Positions 1 to 8,039 of a stretch of DNA of 32,000 bases are shown in pieces (the first letter of the stretch is position 1; each line of letters starts with the position of its first letter). The DNA comes from Gemmata obscuriglobus (GTDB lineage: Bacteria; Planctomycetota; Planctomycetia; Gemmatales; Gemmataceae). The stretch is from contig NZ_CP042911.1 of the NCBI RefSeq assembly GCF_008065095.1, positions 7,830,001 through 7,862,000 of the forward strand, read 5' to 3'. The position numbers and the translations under genes were made by a program. Under the pieces are notes generated by a model. That model was not told the origin of the DNA and searched no databases. It was given only the letters and a program-made list of their open reading frames with translations.

Positions 1-35
1 GCGGGGCGGGCGGTCGACTCGGATTTCGCTCCGGG

Positions 36-350
36 CGTCACGCGTCCCCGTCGGTGCCGTCGAGGTGCAGGTGCGGGCTCACCCCCTGGCCGCCCCGCAG
101 CTCGATCACCCGGTCGGCGCGCCCCTGCGTCAGCAGGGCGGTCAGGTCCACGCCCAGCTCCTTGAGCCGCCCCAGGTGCGCCCGCTGCCGCTCGTCGGCC
201 CGGGCCCGCACCTCCTGCTCCGACTCCGCGTCCCGCCGCCGCTGCTCGCGCTGGGACGCGCGCTCCGCCTCCTTCTGGGTCCGCTCGGCCTCCTGGCGCG
301 TGCGCGTCAGGTCGATCTCGGTGTCCACCTCGATCGCCTGCTCGGTCCGC
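36..350. repeat. Direct repeat copy A (~0.31 kb), diverged duplicate of 8561..8808
   Basis: Manual alignment: near-identical starting at the stop codons (38-40 vs 8563-8565). Copy B lacks a 66-nt block and 1 nt. Similarity is lost beyond ~346-360 / ~8804-8810. Confidence 0.85.
38..328 (-). pseudogene. Orphan 3' gene fragment (charged coiled-coil stretch plus tail LGRLKELGVDLTALLTQGRADRVIELRGG), no credible 5' end
   Basis: 96-aa ORF. The frame closes at a TGA about 40 nt upstream of the first Met and abuts AT-rich non-coding DNA. The last 51 codons are co-linear with the 3' end of 8563..9165. Confidence 0.45.
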
Positions 351-384
351 CGGCGCGCAGTTCATCGCATGCAGCGGCCGTCGA

Positions 385-640
385 AGCGGCGCAGGCTGGT
401 TAGTTATACAACAATCAATAAATGCATTAATAGTGTTTTGATATGTAAATTCTTTGTTATTTGCGGCGGAGCGTGCAGCGCCGGAAATTACGAAAAAACG
501 TTGACAGACACGGGTGAACGGGACTAACATTCGCCATCGCGTTAATAATGACGAAGTCGCAGGGGATGATTCCAGCAGTGTATATTTATAGATAGGTTGT
601 TACTTTGATATGTTATATTTTTGTATTAACATGAGTTAAT
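385..640. other. ~250-bp AT-rich island in an otherwise very GC-rich window
   Basis: Runs such as ttatacaacaatcaataaatgcattaatagtgttttgatatgtaaattctttgttatttg and tatatttatagataggttgttactttgatatgttatatttttgtattaacatgagttaatttgatgattt. Confidence 0.9.
501..530 (+). promoter_or_regulatory. Sigma70-like promoter candidate TTGACA-N18-TAACAT facing the DUF1573 cluster
   Basis: TTGACA at 501-506 and TAACAT at 525-530, inside the AT-rich island, ~110 nt upstream of the 641 start. Confidence 0.3.
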
Positions 641-1081
641 TTGATGATTTCGCACGCGAAATGGGCGGTTGTTGCCAAATGGGCACTCTTGACGGGTCTG
701 TTGGCCGGGGGCGGATACGCCGGCGTCGCTGGCGTGTTGCAGGTGGCTGGCAAGCGCACTCCGGCCGGCCTGTCCGTGACAACCCCCGAGTTCGATCTCG
801 GCGAGCACAAAGCGGGGCACGTCGCAAAAGTCAGCGTGCAACTTGTCAACGACTCTCCAGCTCCGGCCCGGGTACTCGGCGTTTACAAGGACTGCACCTG
901 CTTGATGGTTGATGCCCCCTTTCCCGTTGAGATCCCGGCAGGGGGGGCAATCACGATACCAGTGGAGGTGGTCTTCCCGGCCGCCCCCGGGCCGTTCGTC
1001 AGTAAGCTGGCGTTTTTCACCGACGAGCAACACATTCGGCAACTGCGGGTCAAACTGGTCGGCGTAACTTCCCGCGGTTGA
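641..1081 (+). CDS. DUF1573-like secreted/anchored protein
   Basis: N-terminal hydrophobic segment, then FDLGEHKAG...VNDS...VLGVYKDCTC...IPAGGAITIPV. This pattern is typical of planctomycete DUF1573 domains. Start is TTG/ATG at 641/644. Confidence 0.7.
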   Translation: MMISHAKWAVVAKWALLTGLLAGGGYAGVAGVLQVAGKRTPAGLSVTTPEFDLGEHKAGHVAKVSVQLVNDSPAPARVLGVYKDCTCLMVDAPFPVEIPAGGAITIPVEVVFPAAPGPFVSKLAFFTDEQHIRQLRVKLVGVTSRG

Positions 1082-1196
1082 CCGCTCGGAAACACACCCG
1101 GGAAGAGGTTATTTGAGAACAACCCTGCTCCAGCCGCGCACTTCCCGGGCGTGTGCAAACATCGTGCGCAGGCGGTGGGGTTGAGGAGGTCTGAGG

Positions 1197-1466
1197 ATGA
1201 GCAACACGCTGAACCGGATCGCGGCCAAGGCCCTCTGCACCCTGTCGGTGGCCATGTTAACCTTCGCCGGCATCTTGGCCGCCGGTGGGTTCGTTCGCGC
1301 GGACGATCCTGTTCCCGTTCCTGTTGAGGACTACGCGGCCCCTTGCCTCTTAGCCTCTTGCCGGGTCGACCAGAACGGCAACTATCAGGTCGGCAAATCG
1401 TGCACTGGTCACATCATCGGCTCATGCACCTGTTACCAAGTCCTTGGCGTGTACGACTGTCAGTAA
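1197..1466 (+). CDS. Small secreted cysteine-rich peptide (89-aa precursor, ~53-aa mature part with 6 Cys)
   Basis: GAGGAGG Shine-Dalgarno just upstream of the ATG. Signal peptide ends ...AAGGFVRA/DD. C-terminal part is CLLASC..KSC..GSCTC..DCQ. Confidence 0.65.
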   Translation: MSNTLNRIAAKALCTLSVAMLTFAGILAAGGFVRADDPVPVPVEDYAAPCLLASCRVDQNGNYQVGKSCTGHIIGSCTCYQVLGVYDCQ

Positions 1467-1552
1467 CCTCTGGTAGCCACCGGGCGCACCGCCCGGTGGC
1501 TCGGGTCAAACTCGTCTGTTCTGCCGTAACAATCCCGAGTGAATGCTCCCCG

Positions 1553-2137
1553 ATGACCACCCCCCTGCGACTACTCGCGTTTTTATCCGCCTTTTCCATC
1601 TGGGCGGGCCACGCCAACCGGTCGGCCGCGGGCGAGAGCGGCGATCTCAAAGGCACTTTGATCGACCGGGCCGAGGGCTGGCGGAACGTTAAGGACGCCA
1701 AACCCGCCCATCTGGTGTATGCCGCCGCTAACACCCACAACGGCAAGGTCATCCTCCGCCAGTCCATCACCTACCGCAGGGGGGCCGGTGCCCGGGTGGT
1801 CGTGGAGGCCGAGAAGACGATGCCGGCCGCGGGCGCTCGGGCCGCCTACGGAGTGAACCCCGACTACACCTTCATCGTCGGCCGGGGCGGGGGTGGCAAG
1901 CCCTGGTCGCTTCAAGGGTTGGGGAAGACTGCCGACGGGGAGATGCAACGCATGCTGGCGAACCGCTACCTGCTCGCTATCGAGCCCTGGCAGGTATTCC
2001 TGCACGCCGGGTTGCCCGATGCCATCGCCGCCGACAGCACCGACATTGTCTCCGTTGTCGACGACGACCCGTCCCAGGGCCTGACCAAAGTCACTCTGAC
2101 GACCCCGGCGGCCGAGGCCAGTGCTGTGCACAACTGA
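1553..2137 (+). pseudogene. 5' part of a secreted-protein gene split by the IS4-like element
   Basis: ATG at 1553 (aa 71 of ORF 1343..2137) followed by signal peptide MTTPLRLLAFLSAFSIWAGHA. The frame enters the IS left inverted repeat at 2118 and stops at 2135-2137. It continues in frame at 3724 once the IS and one TSD copy are removed. Confidence 0.7.
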
Positions 2138-3716
2138 GTTCAGGGATCCTCGTTGGGCTTGTGGGCTTGTCGACGCCGTTGGACGGAGGTGTGTGCCCCC
2201 TTCTGTTTCGCGGCGTGCGGGTGGGCACGGGGCGCCTTGTTGCGTGTCTTGTCCCAGCCCGGCTTCCACATCGTGCCCAATAACTGATCCAACAACGTTC
2301 CCACACTCTCTGCCGTCTGATCCGTCGGGATCAGGGACACGATCATCGACACCTCGACCAACTCCTTGAGCGCGGCCAACTGACGATGCCAGTCCGTGCA
2401 GAACTGCGCCGTCGAGAGGTCGTCGATGGTCACCTTCCGCTTCGCAACCACATAGCCCTGGAGGACCTGCACCACGTTCGCGAGGACGAAACACATCGAC
2501 GCCTGAAACACGGTCGCCTCCGGTGTCGAACCGATGAACCGACCCAGGGCGAAGATCGCCGTCACCTTTTGGAACGTGCCTTCGATGGTCCACCGGATGC
2601 GGTACAGGTCCAACAGATCGGTCGCCGGGTATGGGGCCGAATCGAGCAGGTCCGTGAGGATTGTAATCGCTTCGCCCACCGGGCGCGCGACGGTGATCCG
2701 CCGGACGTACCGGCGGAGCTTGTCCTTGGGCTTCCCGGCCCACCCCCATTCTTCGACCACGGCTCGTTGGGATGGGTCCGCGGTCGTGACCGCGGGGCGC
2801 TTCGGGTCGGGTTCGAACGACAGGGTCCGCGCGTACCGCACCACGAAATGACCATTGTCCTTGGTGAACTCGGCGAAGTGCTTCGACGCACAGAACAACC
2901 GATCCCCGACCACCAGTTTCGCCGGACCGCCTCGGGCGTGCACTCGGGGCATCAAATCGGGGATCAGTTTGGCCTCGTTGGTTTCGCCATCGAGATCGGC
3001 CGCCATGTCGAGCACCAACCCGTCACGGGGCCGGTACGCCACGAGCAGTTTTCCGCCCAAGAGCTTGCCCGGTGTGCCCCGCGTGTCGACGAGTCGCTTG
3101 GCCACCTTCTTGAGACTCTTGCCGTCGAGGATCAGAACCTCCAGGCGGTCGAAGGAGGTCGGAAGGCGGTGCGCGACGACCTCGGGGAACAGGGCGGTGA
3201 ACCGGTCGGTGACGTCCCGCAGGAACGCTTCGCTCAGGCCCCGGGGGATGCGCCGGAGCTTGCCGTAGAACGCTTCGTGGCACCCGTCGTCGGGTTGCCG
3301 GTGGCGTCGCAGGTGGGCCTGCCGCCCCGAGCCCTGGTGTTCGATGAGCGCATCGAAGATCCAGGTGACCAGTTGGGCGAAGGTCACGACGTCCTCATAG
3401 CCGCGTCCCCGATGTCGCTCGTAGAGGTCCGCGAGGACCGGGTCGGGAACGCCATAGGCGAAGAGTGCGAGCGACGCGTGGGCCAGTGGCAGGCCCTCCA
3501 GGACCTGGCGCGCGAAGTCCGTGGGCGCGTGCGGTTGGGAGCGTGGGACGCGCTGATGAGGTGGCAGAATCACGGTGACCTCCATGTCCCGGGTCGCGGA
3601 CCCCGCACCACCCCGCGTCCCACGACCACTCGGTTAACCCCAATTTCGTCGCAGTGAAAACCCTAAATCAGCAATCCGCAATCAGTTATACAAATCCAAG
3701 ATGTGCATAGCACTGG
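2118..3716 (-). mobile_element. IS4-family insertion sequence (1599 bp), apparently intact
   Basis: Terminal IRs CCAGTGCTGTGCACAACT (2118-2135) and CCAGTGCTATGCACATCT (reverse complement of 3699-3716), 16/18 identical. Flanked by the 7-bp direct repeat GCCGAGG (2111-2117 and 3717-3723). Single transposase ORF inside. Confidence 0.85.
2140..3585 (-). CDS. IS4-family DDE transposase (481 aa)
   Basis: Full-length ORF with DLLDLYRIRWTIEGTFQKV, a Y-x2-R-x3-E-type signature of IS4-like DDE transposases. Bounded by IRs and a TSD. Confidence 0.9.
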   Translation of the reverse strand: MEVTVILPPHQRVPRSQPHAPTDFARQVLEGLPLAHASLALFAYGVPDPVLADLYERHRGRGYEDVVTFAQLVTWIFDALIEHQGSGRQAHLRRHRQPDDGCHEAFYGKLRRIPRGLSEAFLRDVTDRFTALFPEVVAHRLPTSFDRLEVLILDGKSLKKVAKRLVDTRGTPGKLLGGKLLVAYRPRDGLVLDMAADLDGETNEAKLIPDLMPRVHARGGPAKLVVGDRLFCASKHFAEFTKDNGHFVVRYARTLSFEPDPKRPAVTTADPSQRAVVEEWGWAGKPKDKLRRYVRRITVARPVGEAITILTDLLDSAPYPATDLLDLYRIRWTIEGTFQKVTAIFALGRFIGSTPEATVFQASMCFVLANVVQVLQGYVVAKRKVTIDDLSTAQFCTDWHRQLAALKELVEVSMIVSLIPTDQTAESVGTLLDQLLGTMWKPGWDKTRNKAPRAHPHAAKQKGAHTSVQRRRQAHKPNEDP

Positions 3717-4166
3717 GCCGAGGCTGCTGGGCCGGGGGTACGAGACACATGTAGCGTGGTGTTCGACCGAAATAACCGCTGGGTGATCCGGGAGATCACC
3801 CAGCGGCCCGACCTCGGTCCGGGCAAGCCCCGGTTGAAGTACGTGTCCACTTTTGAGTACACCCGGCCCGCCGAGTATGACACCCCGGTCGTTTCGACGT
3901 TCAGGTCGGAGGCTCGAAACGACGACGGCAAGTTCTTCGATGTGCTCACGTACGATCTCGTGGAGGTCCGGCCGGCGGACACCGCCGGTGAGGAGACGTT
4001 CCGCCTGGGCCATTACGGCCTCCCGGAGCCAAGCCCCCCGCCCCCGTCCCCGTCCCCGTCCCCGTCCCCGAGTTCCGGTAGGTGGCGACTCGGGACATGG
4101 GCGTATTTCCTGGCAGGCGGCCTGGGGATTGGGGCGGTCGGCCTCTTTTTCTTGAGGCGGAAATGA
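3717..4166 (+). pseudogene. 3' part of the IS-split secreted-protein gene; PEP-CTERM-like C-terminus
   Basis: The frame from the right TSD copy (gcc gag gct...) runs straight into ORF 3756..4166. It ends GLPEPS-(PS)n-...WAYFLAGGLGIGAVGLFFLRRK, i.e. a PEP motif, hydrophobic helix and basic tail. Confidence 0.65.
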
Positions 4167-4273
4167 GTGCTTGCTGAGGGCAGGCGTTCAAGAACGGTCA
4201 TTGTTCTGGGGCCAAGTCGCGGTTCACCGCCAGGCCGTCGCTCTTCGAACCGAACGACCCACGGAGGTTTAGC

Positions 4274-4720
4274 GTGCGAACGAAGGTGTGTCTGGCGTTG
4301 CTCGTACTTGCTGCTGGCGTCCTCGCCGGGGCATTCTTCTTACGCGCCGGCCCGGTGGACACCGCCGGGGCGACGGGTCCGACGGGTCCGACGCCCCCCC
4401 CGCCCCCCGTCCTCGACGTTCCGGCGGCCGTCGAACTTGGCCGCTGGCCCGGCGCCGAGCCGCGGCAAGTTCGACTCCAGATTGGGAACACCTCGGGTCA
4501 GCCGGTCCACGTCGTCGGGGTGTTGGAGACCTGCACCCCGGACGGGTGCGTAAAAACGGCCACCGAGCTGCCGGCCGTCGTGCCCCCGGGGGGGCACCTG
4601 GAACTGGTACTATTGTGTACGCGGTGGGAGCCCGGACCCTACTCGTGCAATTTCGAGATCTACACCGACATCCCAGGCTGTTTGGTGACGACCGTGCGCT
4701 TGACTGGAACCGTCGAGTGA
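4274..4720 (+). CDS. DUF1573-like secreted/anchored protein
   Basis: GTG start 7 nt after GGAGG. N-terminal hydrophobic helix and a Pro-rich linker, then VELGRW..G...IGNTSGQPVHVVGV..TC...VPPGGHLELVL. Confidence 0.65.
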   Translation: MRTKVCLALLVLAAGVLAGAFFLRAGPVDTAGATGPTGPTPPPPPVLDVPAAVELGRWPGAEPRQVRLQIGNTSGQPVHVVGVLETCTPDGCVKTATELPAVVPPGGHLELVLLCTRWEPGPYSCNFEIYTDIPGCLVTTVRLTGTVE

Positions 4721-4766
4721 CCCCCGTGGCGCAGCCGTAAGACCGTAGCACCGCAGGAGCCCTCTG

Positions 4767-5611
4767 ATGGTCCGGCCACCGAGACGACGACCGCACTTCC
4801 TTCGTTCCGCCGGCTTCACCCTCATCGAACTGCTGGTGGTGATCGCCATCATTGCCGTCCTACTGGGGCTGCTGGTCCCGGCGGTTATGAAGGTCCGGGA
4901 AGCAGCAGCCCGGACGCGATGCACCAACAACCTCCGACAACTGGGTCTGGCCCTCCACAACCACGCCGGCGCGCGGGGAGCCTTCCCCCAGGGATTGACT
5001 CCGGCCGGATCTCCAGACCGAATGCCCAACCTGACTTGGCTGGCCCGCCTCCTGCCGTATCTGGAACTCGACCCGTTGTGGCGGGAGGCCGGGCAAGCGT
5101 ACGAGGCCGACCCGTCCCCGTTCGGGTCCCCGCCCCACCCCCCGATGTCGAAGCCGGTTGCCGTGTTCGCCTGCCCGTCGGACGACCGGGCCGGCCGGGC
5201 GCAGGTCACCCGAAACGACCTCCTCGTGGGGCTGACCAGCTACGTCGGAGTTTCGGGGCGGGACTTACGGGAGTTCGACGGCGTCCTGTTTCTTGGGTCG
5301 AAAGTTCGGCCGACAGACGTGATCGACGGCACCTCGAACACCCTCGTCGCCGGGGAGCGGCCGCCCAGTTTTGACTTCTGGTTCGGGTGGTGGTACGCGG
5401 GCTACGGGCAACTGGGGACCGGCTCCCTGGACTCCGTGTTGGGCGTCGCCGAGGTGAACGTGAAGGACCGCGGGACCTGGTACTGTCCGACCGGCCCGCA
5501 CGCCTTCGGTCCGGCCGTGCCCGCGGACCCGTGTGCCATGTTCCACTACTGGAGCACCCACCCGGGGGGGGGCGAACTTCCTGCTCGCGGACGGGTCGGT
5601 CCGGTTCCTAA
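4767..5611 (+). pseudogene. DUF1559 / H-X9-DG pseudopilin-like protein gene, frameshifted at a G9 run and truncated by the IS701-like insertion
   Basis: Prepilin-type N-terminus [21 protein letters not shown]. The hallmark [17 protein letters not shown] is encoded in the +1 frame after the G9 run at 5564-5572. The IS starts at 5612. Confidence 0.8.
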
Positions 5612-7111
5612 CACTACAGCGATACTTTGACCTAACTGTAGACTTTGCCGGCCGTTTTGGTTTTGGCATTCTCGGTATTTTGCGTGTGCGTGGCTGAACG
5701 ACGCGTCGCTGTTTGGACGCGGTGGCGGCCTTGTTGCGGCGCTGGTGGTACGCGAGGACCTCCAGCACCCAGACCCGTGTCGTCGTTTCCCGGGCCCGCT
5801 CGAGCCACTCGCGGCTCAGTAGGGCCAGGACCCGGCACACCTGCTCCGCGGTCACCTGGGGATTTTCCCCCCCGCAGTTGTTGGGTGTGTTCGGCCACGA
5901 ACTCGAGCATGGCCACGCACAGGCACAGGTGCCGCCGCAGGGCCACATAGTTGCGGCCCTCGAAGTGGGTGAACCCGAGCTCCGATTTACAGATCCGGAA
6001 CACGTGCTCCACGGCCGCCCGGCGGAACCCGACCCGCACCAGCGCCTCGGCCGTGCATTCGGCTGGGGCGTTGGACACCAGGAACTTCTCCTCGCCCGTG
6101 TGGTCGCTACACGCCCACACCAACCAGTACGTGCCGGCCGACCAACCGTCCGCCCCCGAGGCCCACACCCGGGCCCGCTTGACGCGCCACACCTGGTCCT
6201 CGGCGGTGGCCCGGGACAGCCGCAGGATCTGCCACTCCTGGGACCGGAATGCGCCCGCCTGGCGGACCACGTCCCGGGCCTCTTGGCCCTTCACCCCGGG
6301 GGTCGGTTGGGCCCCGGATCGAGCCGCCACCCGGCACGAGAACGTGGACGGCACGTCACCCACGAACGGTTGCCGGCGTTCGCCCAGGCCCCGCAGGAAC
6401 TCGGGACTCTTACCGTACTCGCTGTCGAACGTGAGCCAGTCCAGGTGCACCCCATTGGTCCGGGCCCGGTCCACCTGTTCCAGGGCCATGCGCCACTTGG
6501 GCCGGTGGGCCACGTCGTCGGGAAGACCCGCGGCCTGGCACCGGGGGCGGTCCGCGGACCAGTCGGCCGGCAGGTACAGGTCGGCGTCCAGGAGGGTCCG
6601 GTACGAGCCCCGGGCGACGCCCAGGTGCACGGTCACGATGCCGTTGTCCACCTTGCCCACGCACCCCAAGTACTGGCGGGCCACCCCGGGCGTCCGGTCC
6701 CCCTTCTTGAGGGCACTGGTCTCGTCGATGAGCCCGACCGTGCCGGTCTCATCGCCCGGTTGCGTGGACAACGTGCGGGCGATCCGCTTGTGCAGGTCGT
6801 CGCCCAGGGCCACGTGGTCCCACCGGTGGTCCCGGAGGAACTCCTGGAGGGTCCGCACCGGGGTGCCCGCGGCCAGGGCCACCGGTTCGGCCGTCTTCCG
6901 CGGCAGGTCCGACAGCAACCCGCGGGAGTACGTGCGCAGGTGCTCGAACGTCGGGGCCGATCGGAAGTGGGCTCGGAAACCCTCCAGGAACGTCGCCAGC
7001 GCCGGTCCCAGCGCCTCCAGTTGAACTTCCGTCATCGCATCCCTCCACGGTGGGGCAGAGGATGTTTTAGTCCAAATAACCACAGCACTTACGGATTTTA
7101 GCGCTGTAGTG
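5612..7111 (-). mobile_element. IS701-family insertion sequence (1500 bp), apparently intact
   Basis: Terminal IR CACTACAGCG at 5612-5621 and as the reverse complement of 7102-7111. 4-bp direct repeat CTAA at 5608-5611 and 7112-7115. Coordinates were checked against ORF-track frames. Confidence 0.85.
5632..7035 (-). CDS. IS701-family DDE transposase (467 aa)
   Basis: ATG at 7035 (MTEVQLEALGPALATFLEGFRAHF...). The layout is that of IS701-like DDE transposases. The 741-aa ORF in the track is an upstream read-through extension. Confidence 0.9.
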   Translation of the reverse strand: MTEVQLEALGPALATFLEGFRAHFRSAPTFEHLRTYSRGLLSDLPRKTAEPVALAAGTPVRTLQEFLRDHRWDHVALGDDLHKRIARTLSTQPGDETGTVGLIDETSALKKGDRTPGVARQYLGCVGKVDNGIVTVHLGVARGSYRTLLDADLYLPADWSADRPRCQAAGLPDDVAHRPKWRMALEQVDRARTNGVHLDWLTFDSEYGKSPEFLRGLGERRQPFVGDVPSTFSCRVAARSGAQPTPGVKGQEARDVVRQAGAFRSQEWQILRLSRATAEDQVWRVKRARVWASGADGWSAGTYWLVWACSDHTGEEKFLVSNAPAECTAEALVRVGFRRAAVEHVFRICKSELGFTHFEGRNYVALRRHLCLCVAMLEFVAEHTQQLRGGKSPGDRGAGVPGPGPTEPRVARAGPGNDDTGLGAGGPRVPPAPQQGRHRVQTATRRSATHTQNTENAKTKTAGKVYS

Positions 7112-7186
7112 CTAACGTACAACAGCCGCCCCATTATGAACGCCCTTTCGACCCGAGCCGGCGGGGAAACCGTCGTACTGGAATGA
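7112..7186 (+). pseudogene. Displaced 3' tail of the DUF1559 gene
   Basis: After removing the IS and one CTAA, ...DGSVRFL continues as TYNSRPIMNALSTRAGGETVVLE*, a typical DUF1559 C-terminal ending. The stop overlaps the next ATG (gaATGa). Confidence 0.6.
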
Positions 7187-7992
7187 CTACGATGTTGGAC
7201 CGCGGCGGGACGACAGAGCGGGCCTACCGGTGCGTCGCGGTGGTCCTTGGGGCCGTCCTGGTTACAGCGGCCGTCTTGAAGCTCGTGTCGGCCTGGCAAG
7301 GGCACGCCGGGTTCGGGCCGTATGGCGGACGGGCCGTTTGGGCAGGGGCCGTGACGGCCGAACTCTGCGTCGGGACCTGGCTGGCCGCGGGAGCGGCCCC
7401 CGCCACGGCCCGGGGAGCGGCGGCCGCCATGTTCACCGTCTTCTTTGTTGTCGCCTCGGCGAAGGCGGCCGCCGGGGAGGCGACGTGCGCCTGCTTTGGG
7501 GCCGCCCGGATCGCACCGGCGGCCATGGCCGCGTTCGACGGGTTGGCCCTGGTCGCACTGGCCGCACTGAAACCCCGGCCCCGGCCCGCGAGTCCCCGGT
7601 TCCTCGCAGCCGCGGCGGTATTCTCGCTCTCGGCCGCGGCCCTGACGACCGGCGTCGGACTGACGAGCCCCTCCACGATCGGGGGACCGCATCCCCCTGC
7701 GGAGCTCCACCTCGGGGTGGTTAAGGCTGGCGGAACCGCAAAAGGCTTGCTGAGAGTGCCGGTCGTACAGAACCAGTCCGGGCGACTCGCGCCGCCGAGC
7801 GTAAGTTGCACCTGTTTGGCGGTCACCCAACAGGTGCAAGAGGGAGGAGAAGAGCAAACGGTTTTGCTTTCGATTTGCTTGGATTTATGCAGCAAGCCAG
7901 AGTTTCGAGGAAGTCTCCGGATCGAAGTCGAAGGATCATGGGCCGACGGAAAACAAGCATATAATTGTTTTGTCCTCTGCGAAGTCCAGTAA
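7183..7992 (+). CDS. MauE/DoxX-like membrane protein fused to a DUF1573-like domain
   Basis: N-terminal ~130 aa with several hydrophobic helices and a CACFG motif, as in MauE-type redox-associated membrane proteins. C-terminal part is LHLGVVKAGG...SCTC...LRIEVEG (DUF1573-like). Confidence 0.7.
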   Translation: MTTMLDRGGTTERAYRCVAVVLGAVLVTAAVLKLVSAWQGHAGFGPYGGRAVWAGAVTAELCVGTWLAAGAAPATARGAAAAMFTVFFVVASAKAAAGEATCACFGAARIAPAAMAAFDGLALVALAALKPRPRPASPRFLAAAAVFSLSAAALTTGVGLTSPSTIGGPHPPAELHLGVVKAGGTAKGLLRVPVVQNQSGRLAPPSVSCTCLAVTQQVQEGGEEQTVLLSICLDLCSKPEFRGSLRIEVEGSWADGKQAYNCFVLCEVQ

Positions 7993-8039
7993 ACATCCGC
8001 CGCCATCCCTTTTTGCGTTCGTACCTCGTCCTCAACCGG

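Noticed and set aside
38-328. Assigning the orphan fragment and the tail of 8563..9165 to the SPFH/flotillin family.
   Set aside because: The only support is a vague resemblance: a charged coiled coil followed by a short hydrophobic tail. That is not enough to name a family without an HMM search.
1583-3657. Long ORFs 1583..2749 (-) and 2386..3657 (+).
   Set aside because: They are antisense or alternate-frame to the signal-peptide gene and the IS4 transposase. Their extreme Arg/Gly/Pro composition is typical of spurious frames in high-GC DNA.
405-3692. The shared 10-mer AGTTATACAA at ~405-414 and ~3683-3692, considered as a relic of a second IS4 end.
   Set aside because: Only 10 nt match, there is no flanking similarity, and both sites lie in AT-rich sequence. 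This is compatible with chance.
5632-7857. The 741-aa ORF on the minus strand, and the + strand ORFs 5713..7101 and 5951..7024.
   Set aside because: The transposase homology starts at the ATG at 7035. The upstream 274 aa run antisense through the MauE gene and across the IS end. The + strand ORFs are antisense to the transposase.
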